This document shows, piece after piece, positions 1-11,238 of a stretch of DNA of 64,000 nt. Position 1 is the first letter of the stretch, and each line of letters begins with the position of its first letter. The position numbers and the translations under genes are program-made. The stretch comes from an uncultured Nitrososphaerota archaeon (GTDB taxonomy: Archaea > Asgardarchaeota > Njordarchaeia > Njordarchaeales > Njordarchaeaceae), in contig CAZFGR010000001.1 in the NCBI GenBank assembly GCA_964518475.1, positions 1 to 64,000 on the forward strand. Reading direction: 5' to 3'. Under the pieces are notes generated by a model. It had not been told where the DNA came from. It saw only the letters and a list, made by a program, of their open reading frames with translations, and ran no database searches.

Positions 1-221
1 AGCCATTAACCGGCAAGAACTAGGCTGAGAAAAGAGATAAATTTGAAACAAAGCCAAACATTTTGAAATAAAATCCGCTAATCTCTTTCTAGTATCGCAA
101 TATTTTGCTAATATTTTCCAAACCATTCTTCATTTTCATAATTTTATTAACGAAAAAATTAAAAGCACGATAATACCTATTCTATATGCCTTCATACCCA
201 ATTCATTAGGGTATACTATTC

Positions 222-2069
222 TTGGAGATGAGATCTTTGCCCGGCGGATACATGGGGAAAATTTTGAGAGTTAATTTGAGCAAGAAAAAGATTAAGGTGG
301 AGTCCCTTCCAGGAGAAAGCGTTCTTAGAAAGTGGATTGGTGGTCGAGGCCTAGGCGTATACTATCTTCTTGAGGAATTAAACCCTAAAGTTGATCCCTT
401 TAGCCCTGATAACAAGATCCTAATTCTTACTGGCCCAGTTACTGGTACTGGTGCTCCCGCTAGTGGAAGATGGTGTTCCGTAACTAAGTCCCCATTAACA
501 AATACTGTTCACGACAGCCATGCAGGAGGTCATTTTGGTCCCGAACTTAAATTTGCCGGATTCGATGGAATTATAATCGAGGGCAGAGCGGAGGAGCCCG
601 TCTATTTATGGATTCATGATGGTACAGCTGAGCTAAGAGATGCTAAGCACTTATGGGGAAGAACAACTTATGAAACAACAGATATGATTCGCGAAGAACT
701 TGGGGATAAAGAGATTAAAACAATCACTATTGGCCCTGCAGGAGAAAATCTCTCAAGAATTGCGGCACTGATCACTGATAAAACAAGAGCTGCTGGTAGA
801 GGAGGGCATGGCGCCGTATTCGGTAGTAAGAAACTTAAAGCTATAGCTGTTAGGGGTCACCAGAAAGTTCCGATAGCTAATGAGGAGAAGTTCAAAGAAG
901 CTTTAGCGGATGCTATGGATAAAATAAAGAAGAGCCCCGTCACGGCTGAGTCACTACCCAAATATGGAACAGCAGTACTAGTAAACATCATAAATGAACA
1001 TGGAATATTCCCAACAAGAAACTTCCAAACTGGTGTTTTCGAAAAGGCTGCTGAGATAAGTGGTGAAAAAATCGCTGAAACTATATTGGTAGATCGTGAT
1101 ATCTGTTGGGGCTGTCCGATCGGATGCGGTCGTTATACAAAGATCAAAGACCCACCATTCGGACCCGATGAAGGCGGTGGTCCAGAATATGAAACGATCT
1201 GGGCATTTGGTGCAGATTGTGGTGTAGGCGATTTGAACGCTGTTACGAAAGCTAACTACTTGTGCAACGAACTAGGTCTCGACACAATTTCTATGGGTGC
1301 TACAATAGCGACTTTCATGGAGCTTTACGAGAAAGGTAAGGTACCAAAACACAAAGTAATGGGCATACCAGAGCCAAGATTCGGTAATGCTGGTGCACTA
1401 GTGGAGCTCGTATGGAGAACAGCTTACAGATCGGGCATCGGCAACGACCTAGCAGAAGGAGCAACAAGACTTGCAGAGAAATACGGTGCACCAGAACTAG
1501 CCATGGCTGTTAGGATGCAAGAACTGCCAGCTTATGACCCAAGAGGAGCTAAGGGCCATGGTCTAGCCTATGCTACAAGTAATAGAGGAGGCTGTCACTT
1601 AAGAGCTTACCTAATTTCACCAGAGGTATTAGGTGTACCAGAACTAATTGATAGATTCTCCATTGAAGGTAAGGGTAAATGGGTTAAGACATTCCAGGAC
1701 ATGCTCGCCGCACTAGATAGCATGGTTGTATGCAAGTTCGTAACATTCGCTTACGGAGCAGATGAGCTAGCTGCTCAAGTAGCTGCAGTAACGGGCTGGG
1801 ATATAACGGCAGAGGAGTTCCTAAGAATTGGTGAGAGAATCTATAATGCGGAGAGACTCTTTAACTACAAAGCGTTTGGAGATGGAAAAGAGTATGATAC
1901 CTTACCTACCAGACTTCTAAAAGAACCGATGCCAGAGGGCGCAGCTAAGGGCCACGTAGTCGAGCTAGAGCCAATGCTTGAAGAGTATTACAAGGAGAGA
2001 AAATGGAAAGACGGGAGACCAACACCAGAAATTCTGAAAGAACTAGATCTAGAGAAATACGCCAGATAG
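222..2069 (+). CDS. aor: Tungsten-containing aldehyde:ferredoxin oxidoreductase
   Basis: GGRGLG, AGRGGHGAVFGSKKLKAI, CWGCPIGC, EYET, DTIS and RGGCH motifs; start may be the ATG at 228. Confidence 0.93.
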   Translation: MEMRSLPGGYMGKILRVNLSKKKIKVESLPGESVLRKWIGGRGLGVYYLLEELNPKVDPFSPDNKILILTGPVTGTGAPASGRWCSVTKSPLTNTVHDSHAGGHFGPELKFAGFDGIIIEGRAEEPVYLWIHDGTAELRDAKHLWGRTTYETTDMIREELGDKEIKTITIGPAGENLSRIAALITDKTRAAGRGGHGAVFGSKKLKAIAVRGHQKVPIANEEKFKEALADAMDKIKKSPVTAESLPKYGTAVLVNIINEHGIFPTRNFQTGVFEKAAEISGEKIAETILVDRDICWGCPIGCGRYTKIKDPPFGPDEGGGPEYETIWAFGADCGVGDLNAVTKANYLCNELGLDTISMGATIATFMELYEKGKVPKHKVMGIPEPRFGNAGALVELVWRTAYRSGIGNDLAEGATRLAEKYGAPELAMAVRMQELPAYDPRGAKGHGLAYATSNRGGCHLRAYLISPEVLGVPELIDRFSIEGKGKWVKTFQDMLAALDSMVVCKFVTFAYGADELAAQVAAVTGWDITAEEFLRIGERIYNAERLFNYKAFGDGKEYDTLPTRLLKEPMPEGAAKGHVVELEPMLEEYYKERKWKDGRPTPEILKELDLEKYAR

Positions 2070-2200
2070 CTCCTAACTTCATGTGAAGGTTTTTATTTTT
2101 ATTTTATTCTATCTCTTCTACTTTTTGGTTAGTTATTGCTACCTATTTTTATACAGAACCGCATCTACTTTTCAGATTCACATTACGATGTTCATTTATA

Positions 2201-3376
2201 ATGGATGTGTTGACTGTGACTAGTAACGATTTAGAGAGTTATTTGTTACAACTCAAGGCAAAGTTCCCAACAATAATTATTGAGAAATATGACAGCACAT
2301 ACGTGATCCTAAAGGAAAAAGCTGGGCCTAGGATATTATATATCGAGCCAACACTTAACTGTAATTTAAACTGTATTATGTGTTTTCGTCGCAGTGTAAA
2401 GGAACCATTTGGTTCTATGAAGAAGGAGCTTTTCGAAAAGATTATTGATGATGCCAAAAAATGCGGTGTGAAATTTATCTGGTTTGGTGGGTGGGGAGAG
2501 CCGCTCACCCATCCCGAAATATTTGAATTTATTGCTTTAGCACGGGATGCAAATATTGATGTCGGCATAAATACTAATGGAACCCTCTTAACTCCCGAGA
2601 TTGCTGAGAAGTTGCTCGAGCTTGAAGTTGAAACTATTGTTGTGTCCAGCGATGCTGCTACCCATGAAACATATGCTAGAATTCGCGGAACGAAGTATTC
2701 GCGGATACTAGAGGCTCTCAAGACTATTCAAAAAGCTAAGGAAAAACATGGTATGACTAGACCAAAGGTTTCTTTCTTATTCACCGCGATGGCGAATAAT
2801 GTGAGTGAATTGATAGATTTACCAAAAATAGCTAGGGAGTACGGTGTCTCTCAGATAATAGTATCTAATGTGATTCCTGTTTACCCAGAAATGGAGAAAA
2901 TGGTTGTGTATAATGGACGTTTATCCGATAATGAAATTCGAGAACTAGCAAGTAAATTGGCTTTAGAAACATATCAAACGGGTGTACGATTAATCTTACC
3001 TAATTTTAAATTGAGAACCGAAAGACGTTGTCTATTTATTGAGAATAATACAGCTACCATAACTTGGGATGGGAAAGTGGTTCCGTGCTATAATTTTATA
3101 CATACTTACAAGTCATACATCTTTGGGTTAGAAAAGGTGGTAAAGCAAATATCTTTCGGCGACATTAGCAAGGAATCCCTTCGGGAAATATGGTTAAAAC
3201 CTGAATATGTGAAGTTCAGACATAAGGTGAAGCGTTTCGAGTTTCCTTCTTGTCCAGATTGTCCTCTTCGAGAATACTGTTCGCTTAGAAAAACTAATGA
3301 AATGGACTGCTGGGGAAATAAACCGAGTTGTGCAGAATGTCTTTATGGGCGAGAAATCGTACAATGCATGGTCTAG
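2201..3376 (+). CDS. Radical SAM/SPASM protein, tungsten-oxidoreductase maturase type
   Basis: CNLNCIMC and GGWGEP motifs, Cys-rich C-terminus (CPDC..C..DCWGNKPSCAEC); directly follows aor. Confidence 0.85.
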   Translation: MDVLTVTSNDLESYLLQLKAKFPTIIIEKYDSTYVILKEKAGPRILYIEPTLNCNLNCIMCFRRSVKEPFGSMKKELFEKIIDDAKKCGVKFIWFGGWGEPLTHPEIFEFIALARDANIDVGINTNGTLLTPEIAEKLLELEVETIVVSSDAATHETYARIRGTKYSRILEALKTIQKAKEKHGMTRPKVSFLFTAMANNVSELIDLPKIAREYGVSQIIVSNVIPVYPEMEKMVVYNGRLSDNEIRELASKLALETYQTGVRLILPNFKLRTERRCLFIENNTATITWDGKVVPCYNFIHTYKSYIFGLEKVVKQISFGDISKESLREIWLKPEYVKFRHKVKRFEFPSCPDCPLREYCSLRKTNEMDCWGNKPSCAECLYGREIVQCMV

Positions 3377-3443
3377 AAATTCCACTATTACCCATTCTTT
3401 TAAAACAGTAATTTTTAGGGAAAAGTTATTTTATTTCACAGTT

Positions 3444-4310
3444 TTAGAGAAATCTTTCACGTAATAGTTCCTCAATTTTCTTTAATGCCCATTCTCGATA
3501 ATTAGGATTTTTCTCGTAATGAATAATCACTAGAAGCCTTCTAACTACATAAAAGAGGTATCTTATAGATCCAATATCATATCCCTTCTTTGCAAGAAGG
3601 TCTTCGATCCCTGGAAATCCCCGTTTCTGACACTCTACAGAGAATATACCAGCATCTTTGTATTTATCAGCACCATCCGATATTCCCTCAAGATCAATCA
3701 TATAGATAACATCATCCGAGACAATCAGGTTCTGTGGTCTATAATCCCCATGAATAAGAACATAATCTATCTTCTCCTCTGTATAAGCCTGCGCCAAATC
3801 AAGGATTTTTTTAATGAGTTTATCTGGGATATCTACACGTTGGAGATAGTAGAGGAGCCTCTCTGATTCTACTTTTTTATAATTTGGGACAAAAGGTTTT
3901 TTTCGATGATGCCTCGCATCATTATGTAATTTATGCATTAAGTTAATTGCTTCACGAATATTTTCTTCGGTAGCTGTTTCGCATAGCGGTCTTCCTTCTA
4001 TATATTTATAAACTAGTATTCCTCGATATCTTCCCATTCTACCATAAGCCCACCTATCATTGTAAACATCTCCAACAGGATAGAAGTTAATTGGTTGAGG
4101 CACCGGATAACCTTCTAGCCTTAGAAGTTTCATGTAAGTGTATTCATAAAATCCCCACCCTTTTATCGAGTCCTTAAGAATATATTTTCTTCCCATATAA
4201 TCTACTAGAACAACGATATTGTCTTTACGCCATACATTAATGATCTTTACTTTTTCTCTATTGTCTCTAAACATATCAACATGATCAATTATTTTCCATA
4301 TATCTTCCAT
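3444..4310 (-). CDS. Aminoglycoside phosphotransferase/choline kinase-like kinase
   Basis: HGDYRPQN catalytic loop and IDLE motif. Confidence 0.75.
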   Translation of the reverse strand: MEDIWKIIDHVDMFRDNREKVKIINVWRKDNIVVLVDYMGRKYILKDSIKGWGFYEYTYMKLLRLEGYPVPQPINFYPVGDVYNDRWAYGRMGRYRGILVYKYIEGRPLCETATEENIREAINLMHKLHNDARHHRKKPFVPNYKKVESERLLYYLQRVDIPDKLIKKILDLAQAYTEEKIDYVLIHGDYRPQNLIVSDDVIYMIDLEGISDGADKYKDAGIFSVECQKRGFPGIEDLLAKKGYDIGSIRYLFYVVRRLLVIIHYEKNPNYREWALKKIEELLRERFL

Positions 4311-4428
4311 TAAAAACCCTCGATTATGTAAGGAACCTCTTTGGTACTAGTCTGACAATAATACGAAAATAGGCAATTCTTAGAGAACGTAGGTATTTTA
4401 TTCCTGAGGGACTATTTATTATTTTTGC

Positions 4429-5385
4429 TCATGATGAGGGTAGGTCGGGTCTGATTAGTGATGAAGCAACTCCCCACTGATTCTTTACTAATTGTTCTCT
4501 CCTTAGCCATCTCTTAAATGCTATTTTTAGATCTCTTATTACTTCGTTAACGGTAACGTTTCTTGTTGCTTGGAAGCCACCGACATTCTTTCTTCCACCA
4601 GCATTATAGCCCAATTGTCTGAGAATATGAAAGATTTCCCTCAAATCTAGTTGATTATCAAATGTAGCTATTGTTCCCGTGACAAACGTATTATCTTTTG
4701 TCCCTAAAGAAACCACAATTCTGTGTCGTGTTTCTAGTTTTAGAAGAGCTAGGCGTCGCGGACCGTCTTCTATTTTTACTCTGTATTCAAAGAAAACTAT
4801 GTCTTCTCCCTCAATCAGATTTTTAGCCTTACTAATGAGTTTCTCGGCTCTAGATATTAGATCACTTGCTTTTTTACTCTTAGTTTTTGCCCATTCTATG
4901 ACCCAGTTTTCGTCACCGTTTACTAATTTGTATGTGATTTCCAATCTTGGGAACCGCCCTGGATCCAGTTGAAAGGCTAAAAATAACGTCTTTGTCAACT
5001 CGTCCCGATCCCAGAAACCTTGGTCTATATTAGAAACCGCCTCCATAAACTCCTTACTTAATCTCTCACCAGTAACCTTACTTACAAGCTCAGCAACGCT
5101 TCTTGCATTCTCATCAAAAATCCACTTATTCCCGAATCCCTCGACTTTTTCGTGGTGATCAATTATTATTGAGTTACTTATCCATGTTTTTGTTGGAGTT
5201 ATCTCCACAGCCACAACGTTTTCGAATTGTTTATTTTTAAGATCCATGGGGTGGGGATACTCTACCACGGATTCTATTCCATGCTTCTTAGCGTACCTTA
5301 TTAGAAGTGCTGTGGCAACCACGCCGTCCCAATCACCGTCAGAGACTATGTGTTTTATTTTTTTAAGTAATTCTTCGAGTATCAT
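4429..5385 (-). CDS. DHH-family phosphoesterase
   Basis: DGDWDG, IIDHH, C-terminal GGRKNVGGF. Confidence 0.75.
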   Translation of the reverse strand: MILEELLKKIKHIVSDGDWDGVVATALLIRYAKKHGIESVVEYPHPMDLKNKQFENVVAVEITPTKTWISNSIIIDHHEKVEGFGNKWIFDENARSVAELVSKVTGERLSKEFMEAVSNIDQGFWDRDELTKTLFLAFQLDPGRFPRLEITYKLVNGDENWVIEWAKTKSKKASDLISRAEKLISKAKNLIEGEDIVFFEYRVKIEDGPRRLALLKLETRHRIVVSLGTKDNTFVTGTIATFDNQLDLREIFHILRQLGYNAGGRKNVGGFQATRNVTVNEVIRDLKIAFKRWLRREQLVKNQWGVASSLIRPDLPSS

Positions 5386-6635
5386 TAGACTCCCTCTAAA
5401 AAGAATTTACAAAATCTTTCTAACTGTTTAACTCCTTCTTTAGTGGTTTTGTAGAAGAATTTTCTGAAAGGTACTTGAAAATATATGTTTCTGAGTCTAT
5501 CATTGATAAAAAGAAAGAGATCTGTGACACCTTCTCTCCATAGTTGCTGTAGTTTCTCTAGTTTTCGCTTATGATACTCTGCTGTCCAAAATCCTATGAC
5601 CTCGACATATACTTCTTTATTCCCCTTTCTAATCGTGAAGTCTGGTAGAAATATCCTACCATTACTTAAAGTGATTAAAGAAGTTTCTCTTTCAACGGTA
5701 ATATTTCGGCCTTCACAGACTCTCCTTATTATGTTGAATATCATCTTCTCCTCTTTACTATCGAATCTCCTCAGTTGCGGCTTTTCTTTGGCATCAATTA
5801 TCCATAACGGAACGAAATCTGGTGCCCAGTAACTCTCACTAGAAATTTTGATCCTAAAATTTCTCTTCCTAATCCTTATCACAAATTCTGTTTTCCAAGG
5901 TTTAAATTTCCATAATGAGTTTATCACTATGAATGATAAGGCTCGTTGATAGTGATATGGAATCGATGTACCAAAAATGCTTAAAGGCCCCTCATAGGTA
6001 CATATAAGTTGATCCTTTGTCAAGTCAAAACTCGCTAAAATGCCCGCTTGCTTAACCCGCCACACACTTTTTTTAAGAACAGCTCCAGCAATTCGTTTCG
6101 GGAAAAATATTTTCACATACTCACTCATGCTTATTATCTTCTCCAAGATCAAAAAATTGCATATCTTAAGAAGCTTATCTGGGTCTAAATGCTTCTTCTC
6201 CTCAAAATAAAATAAGCGGATGTTGTCATATATTAGCGCCTTCGCTAGATCTTCTCTTGGTATTTCTAATTGATGAGATAAATGATCCATTGCTTTTTTC
6301 CGTGACTCTAAAGCAATAAATCCATGATAGTTCTCCTGGACAAGCTCAAAGAATTTTAAAAGAATGCTATGGTTGATACCGCATAGTTGTTTGGTTGCGA
6401 GAAAATATTTGAGTCCGTGAAGCACTAGTCTTGCCTTTCTTAGGTCTCCGAGAAACTTGTATAGTTTGCTTAATATAAAAAATTGCGAAACAGCTCTATC
6501 TCTTAATTCCTCTTTCACGAACTTAATAGCTCGCTTGAGATTCTCGTAATCCTTATCCTTTCTTAAAAAATCTATTACTAATCGGTCACCGTAGATTTCA
6601 TACGGTAGAGCTCTCAGAGGAATCAAGAAAATCAC
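5385..6635 (-). CDS. DUF790/Bax1-like PD-(D/E)xK endonuclease
   Basis: FDSKEEK...PDF...YVEVIGFWTAEYHKRKLEKL signature. Confidence 0.75.
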   Translation of the reverse strand: MIFLIPLRALPYEIYGDRLVIDFLRKDKDYENLKRAIKFVKEELRDRAVSQFFILSKLYKFLGDLRKARLVLHGLKYFLATKQLCGINHSILLKFFELVQENYHGFIALESRKKAMDHLSHQLEIPREDLAKALIYDNIRLFYFEEKKHLDPDKLLKICNFLILEKIISMSEYVKIFFPKRIAGAVLKKSVWRVKQAGILASFDLTKDQLICTYEGPLSIFGTSIPYHYQRALSFIVINSLWKFKPWKTEFVIRIRKRNFRIKISSESYWAPDFVPLWIIDAKEKPQLRRFDSKEEKMIFNIIRRVCEGRNITVERETSLITLSNGRIFLPDFTIRKGNKEVYVEVIGFWTAEYHKRKLEKLQQLWREGVTDLFLFINDRLRNIYFQVPFRKFFYKTTKEGVKQLERFCKFFLEGV

Positions 6636-6640
6636 TTATC

Positions 6641-7108
6641 TTACTCTACCTCAGCAGCAATAACTAAAACACATCCACATTTTTTAACTTCATGCTCTAC
6701 CGAAAATATTTTATAGCGTAAAAGCTCTAGTCCCCGCACTTCCGCCATTCCCTTTAATCTTATATAAGCCTCCTTCTCAGCTTCCTCCCTCGTCATATTC
6801 TTAGCCACGAACTCGGCAACCAGCGTTGGTCCATTACCAGTCCATCCAATCGCTATAGCTCCAGCAATTTTTTCCCCTGGTTTATCGGATGCGACGTAAG
6901 CATAAATAGAGGGTACATTACAGCCCAAGGGGAGAAGAGGAGGATTCCGAACTAGTTGAATATTCGGTGGAAGAATGCTTGTAACTTTTATTAAAGAAAC
7001 TTGCGGTAAACCTGCTTTAACCAAACAAGCATCAAAAGCATTTAATTCTGTTTCCCCTTCAGCACTAACAGCCGTAATATATACTTTCCGTGGTACTGTT
7101 ATCAACAT
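6641..7108 (-). CDS. pdaD: Pyruvoyl-dependent arginine decarboxylase
   Basis: EGETELNAFDACLVKAG..SLIKVTSILPP self-cleavage region; 155 aa. Confidence 0.85.
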   Translation of the reverse strand: MLITVPRKVYITAVSAEGETELNAFDACLVKAGLPQVSLIKVTSILPPNIQLVRNPPLLPLGCNVPSIYAYVASDKPGEKIAGAIAIGWTGNGPTLVAEFVAKNMTREEAEKEAYIRLKGMAEVRGLELLRYKIFSVEHEVKKCGCVLVIAAEVE

Positions 7109-7188
7109 TTTAAAACCCCTGAGAAAAGTGGGGATAACTACTTATAACTAGCTTTTGTTTAAAAATCTGTACCTCATATAATACCGTG

Positions 7189-7512
7189 TCAGCCGATAGA
7201 CTTCAGGCATGCGTTTTTAGCTACTGATCCCCCAGCTCCTGGCGGGAATATTGCTACTTCATCACCATCTTTTAGTGTAGTTTCGAGACCCTTCAATAAG
7301 CGAATATTCCTTCCATTCACTAAAATTAGCAAGGAACTTAACTGCTGGTATTTCTCCATGATTAGCTCAGCTAGTTCTTTATTAACTCTATCCCCCAAAG
7401 CTTTTATAACGTCTCTCACAGTTACTGAATCATCATTGAAGTCAAGCTCTACCTCTTTTCTACCCGCAAGCTCTCTAAACAGAGCAAAGAGTTTTATCTT
7501 AATCTTCACCAA
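7189..7512 (-). CDS. MoaD/SAMP ubiquitin-like protein with a 12-aa extension after GG
   Basis: IKIKLFALFRELAG...ILVNGRNI...LKDGDEVAIFPPGAGG|SVAKNACLKSIG. Confidence 0.88.
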   Translation of the reverse strand: MVKIKIKLFALFRELAGRKEVELDFNDDSVTVRDVIKALGDRVNKELAELIMEKYQQLSSLLILVNGRNIRLLKGLETTLKDGDEVAIFPPGAGGSVAKNACLKSIG

Positions 7513-7655
7513 AAAGCACCTCCTTAGTAACTCCTCACCAATATAAAGAACTCTGTTAAGAATAACTATTAGAATATATGTAGAGAATATATGTTAATGA
7601 ATGAGCAAAAATAGAGAAACGCTAACATAAAGAGACTAGAAACGAAATACGCGCG

Positions 7656-9047
7656 TCATTGTTTATAGAAAGTATGCTGTAGAGGGCTTCTCCATAATTT
7701 CTTTCTAGCCTCCATAATTATTTGCGTTGTTTTTTCATGCCATGCTGGTAAGTCTTGAGGATTTTCTGGATAATTCTGGAAATGCCCTCGTATTAGATAA
7801 TAGAGATCCCTAGCTTTTTTGAGACGGCCTAGTAACCTTATTTTTCTAGTAAGTATGATTCTAAGGATTTTTCTCCAAACAACTTCGCTCTCTTTCGAAG
7901 TAGATTCGATAGCTAGGAGTTCTTCTCCGCTTACTATTTTTTTCTCAATAATGAAGTTTATCTCTTTGTCAGTCATTCCTTGTAATAGAAGTCTAATGAT
8001 CTCTAGGGCAGCATTTTTGGCACCATCACTTCGCATGTATCTTACAGCGTATTCCCATAACTCCTCTTTTGTAAGTACTTTTTCTCCCTCTACATTGCTA
8101 CTAATTACCTCAGAAGCTATCTTAGCAGCAATCATTGCCTGTCCCATACCGCCCCCATGCAAGGGATTAGCTTGTGATGCAGCATCACCAACTAGTAATA
8201 AACCATTGCTTACTAGCTGAGATAGCGCCCTCCTCACGGGCACTACTCCACCTCCAGCATGTAGTACTTTGGAGACTTTGATATCCCAGAACCTCTTAAA
8301 TTTCTCCAAGAGAGCTACCGCTTTTGGAGCATCTGGCAACGGTTGTATACCCAATCCAATATTAGCTACGTTCTTTCCCTTAGGGAAAATCCAAGTATAG
8401 CCTCCCGGAGCAAATTTATGGCTGAGATAGATATATATTCTATCGGAAGGCCATGGATAATCATCATCAGACATCACTATTTCTCTATAGGCTGCTGCTA
8501 CGTCAAACCTTTCGATATCATTTTCTATCAACATACCTTCCGGTAATCTCTTTCTAATTACCGCTGCAAAGCCAGTAGCGTCGACAGTTACTTTGCCACG
8601 AATCTCTTTCTCCTCCCCGCTCTTTAGGTCTCTAACTCTGACTCCTCTGACCTCCTCACCCTCGACTAATGGTCCTATGACTAACATTGAATCTAATACA
8701 TGTGTTCCTTTCTTTTCTGCATCATTTACAAGTCTCTGATTAAGGTGCCATCGATCTATCGTGTACCCCAAGCCCTCAACAGTTAATATATGCTCTCTGT
8801 CAGGTGCTATGACTTCTGACGCATGTATAACGGACGCTAACTCGGGGCCACTCGGTTTTGGAATCCCTAACTTATCAAAATAACTGGCAGATATTCCGTC
8901 TCCACAGACCTTTTCCCCAATTTTCTCTCTGGGTTTCATATCGATTAAGGCAACACTCAATCCTTCTTTTGCAAGAAGAAGCGCCAGAGTTGATCCAGCT
9001 ATGCTAGCTCCTGCAATAACCACATCGTAATCGAATTTAGAAGTCAT
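7656..9047 (-). CDS. Digeranylgeranylglycerophospholipid reductase (GGR)
   Basis: N-terminal FAD motif, KVCGDG, PGGYTWIFP, GDAA..ANPLHGGG. Confidence 0.9.
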   Translation of the reverse strand: MTSKFDYDVVIAGASIAGSTLALLLAKEGLSVALIDMKPREKIGEKVCGDGISASYFDKLGIPKPSGPELASVIHASEVIAPDREHILTVEGLGYTIDRWHLNQRLVNDAEKKGTHVLDSMLVIGPLVEGEEVRGVRVRDLKSGEEKEIRGKVTVDATGFAAVIRKRLPEGMLIENDIERFDVAAAYREIVMSDDDYPWPSDRIYIYLSHKFAPGGYTWIFPKGKNVANIGLGIQPLPDAPKAVALLEKFKRFWDIKVSKVLHAGGGVVPVRRALSQLVSNGLLLVGDAASQANPLHGGGMGQAMIAAKIASEVISSNVEGEKVLTKEELWEYAVRYMRSDGAKNAALEIIRLLLQGMTDKEINFIIEKKIVSGEELLAIESTSKESEVVWRKILRIILTRKIRLLGRLKKARDLYYLIRGHFQNYPENPQDLPAWHEKTTQIIMEARKKLWRSPLQHTFYKQ

Positions 9048-9154
9048 AAACTACAACCCCAGTTTTCCATTCAATACATTTAGATTGATTTTCATCAAAT
9101 AAACTGTTCTAGGGTTTATAAAATGTTAGATGCTGATTATGCGGAAACATACTT

Positions 9155-10141
9155 CTAGAAACTTCTCTCTATGGTGAAGCGAGCTAGAGAAACAAGATAT
9201 TCCTTTGCCTTAGAATCGGGAATCGCATCTAAAGCTTTTATGGCTGCGTCCGCATACTTCTGAGCCATATCTTTAGTTGCTCTATCTGCTCCAGTCCTTT
9301 TAATTATTTCAATAGCTTCTTGCACCTCTTCTTCTTTTTTATCCCTTTTTGCAAGAATCTCCAAAAGTCTCGCTTTATCACTCTCATTAGCGTGCTGAAT
9401 GGCATATAGTATCGGATATGTTTTCTTGCTCTCTCTCACATCACTCCCAACAGGTTTTCCCGTTTTTTCTTCACTACCAAATAAGCCTAACCAGTCATCG
9501 ACCATTTGAAAGGCTATACCGATGTTCTCTCCATACTTAGTAAGAGCATCTACATAACTAGCCTCTGCTTCTGCTGAAAGAGCACCGAACCTGCAACTTA
9601 ACTTGAAGAGCCATGCTGTTTTCCTCTTTATCATATCTAAATACTCATCAAGAGTAACGTCCATTCTTTCCTCGAATGCCATGTCGAGTGCTTGACCCTC
9701 ACAAATTATTACGGCAGCTTCCGTGAATTCCGCTAATAATTGCTTTATAATAGATGTATCTAGCTCCGATTTCGCAACAAGTTCGTAAGATTTTGCATGC
9801 AATAAATCCCCCGCTAAGATAGCCATGGGGACGCCCCAGACTTTATGAACCGTTGGTACTCCTCTTCTCAGTTCGTCCTGATCCATGATATCATCATGAA
9901 TAAGCGTAAAGGTATGGAAAATCTCTATAGCCGCTGCTATGGGCAAGACTCGCTCCACATCATTCCTAAAGAGTTCGTAGCTAGTTAGTACAAGAAAGGG
10001 TCTTAATCTTTTTCCTCCAGCCTTTACTAGATGCTTACAGGCTTCATAAAGCTCTTTTATATCTCCTTCTAAATTCTGTAGGATATATTCGTCAACTTTC
10101 TTTGCTTTCTTCTTTGCCTCATTTAATAATTCATTAAACAC
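9155..10141 (-). CDS. Geranylgeranyl diphosphate synthase
   Basis: GGKRLRP, HDDIMDQDELRRG, GQALDM, FQMVDD motifs. Confidence 0.93.
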   Translation of the reverse strand: MFNELLNEAKKKAKKVDEYILQNLEGDIKELYEACKHLVKAGGKRLRPFLVLTSYELFRNDVERVLPIAAAIEIFHTFTLIHDDIMDQDELRRGVPTVHKVWGVPMAILAGDLLHAKSYELVAKSELDTSIIKQLLAEFTEAAVIICEGQALDMAFEERMDVTLDEYLDMIKRKTAWLFKLSCRFGALSAEAEASYVDALTKYGENIGIAFQMVDDWLGLFGSEEKTGKPVGSDVRESKKTYPILYAIQHANESDKARLLEILAKRDKKEEEVQEAIEIIKRTGADRATKDMAQKYADAAIKALDAIPDSKAKEYLVSLARFTIERSF

Positions 10142-11238
10142 TAAACTCCCCTCTTAATTTCTAATCCTCTATCAATTATCCAATACCTCAAAGGAGGAAG
10201 AATAACAAACTCGATATTCTTTAGATCATTAATAGTTTTCGCGCCACATAGAAACATTGCTATCCTTAATTCGTACATCATCTCTTCAATAACTTTTTTC
10301 ACATCATCAGCACTTTTCATAGCAGGCTCTAGTAAAGGTTTCGCAGCACCAGAAAAATTAGCACCTATTGCTAAAGCCTTCGCAATATCCAATCCGCTTC
10401 TAATTCCTCCACTAGCTATAATCTCCAGATCAGCACTTGCACCGTTTCGAGCCTCTATAATGCTTGCAGCTGTTGGTATACCCCAACTCCAAAAAATTTC
10501 TCCTAACCTAGTACGTAAATCATCTCTACTCTTACGTGCCCTATAATATTCCACCGCCGCCCAGCTGGTTCCTCCAACCCCTGCTACATCAATAGCTTTT
10601 ATTCCAGTATTGCTTAGTGATCTCGCAACCTCTTTAGAAATCCCGCTTCCCGTCTCCTTGACTATTAATGGAATATCAAAATAATCCGCTATCTCTGAAA
10701 TTTTCTCTAAAACTCCACGATAATTAGTGTCTCCTTCGGGTTGTATAACTTCTTGTAAAGGATTCAAGTGGATCGCTAAGGCATTAGCCTCTATCATAGA
10801 AACTATCTTTTCAAGATCATTAATAGAGAGTTCTGGTAGTTGAGGGGCACCTATATTAGCAATTAAGAAAATATCGGGAGCAGTTTTCCTAGCAATCTTA
10901 AATGTCCACTCAACCTCAGGATTCTTTAAAGCTACTCGTTGACTACCTACCATCATAGGTATATTAAGCTCCTCGGCGGCCTCTGCTAGATTCCTATTAA
11001 TATTAGCTCCTAACTCCGTTCCCCCAGTCATTCCCTCGATTAGAAAAGGATAAGAAAAAGTTTTACCAAGAAAAACTGTCTTTAATTGAATATTTTCTAA
11101 TGATAATTCGGGCAAGGCTTTATGAATTAACTTAATACATTCAAACCAAGTTGTTTCTTTATGAGCAACATCAGTATTTAATGTTAAGTAGATATGCTCG
11201 TCTTTCCTGTTGATGATCTTTTTATCCAAAAATGTCAC
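10141..11238 (-). CDS. fni: Type 2 isopentenyl-diphosphate isomerase
   Basis: RKDEHI, MTGG, GSQR, HLNPLQE..QPEGD, KETGSG, GGTSWA. Confidence 0.93.
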   Translation of the reverse strand: MTFLDKKIINRKDEHIYLTLNTDVAHKETTWFECIKLIHKALPELSLENIQLKTVFLGKTFSYPFLIEGMTGGTELGANINRNLAEAAEELNIPMMVGSQRVALKNPEVEWTFKIARKTAPDIFLIANIGAPQLPELSINDLEKIVSMIEANALAIHLNPLQEVIQPEGDTNYRGVLEKISEIADYFDIPLIVKETGSGISKEVARSLSNTGIKAIDVAGVGGTSWAAVEYYRARKSRDDLRTRLGEIFWSWGIPTAASIIEARNGASADLEIIASGGIRSGLDIAKALAIGANFSGAAKPLLEPAMKSADDVKKVIEEMMYELRIAMFLCGAKTINDLKNIEFVILPPLRYWIIDRGLEIKRGV

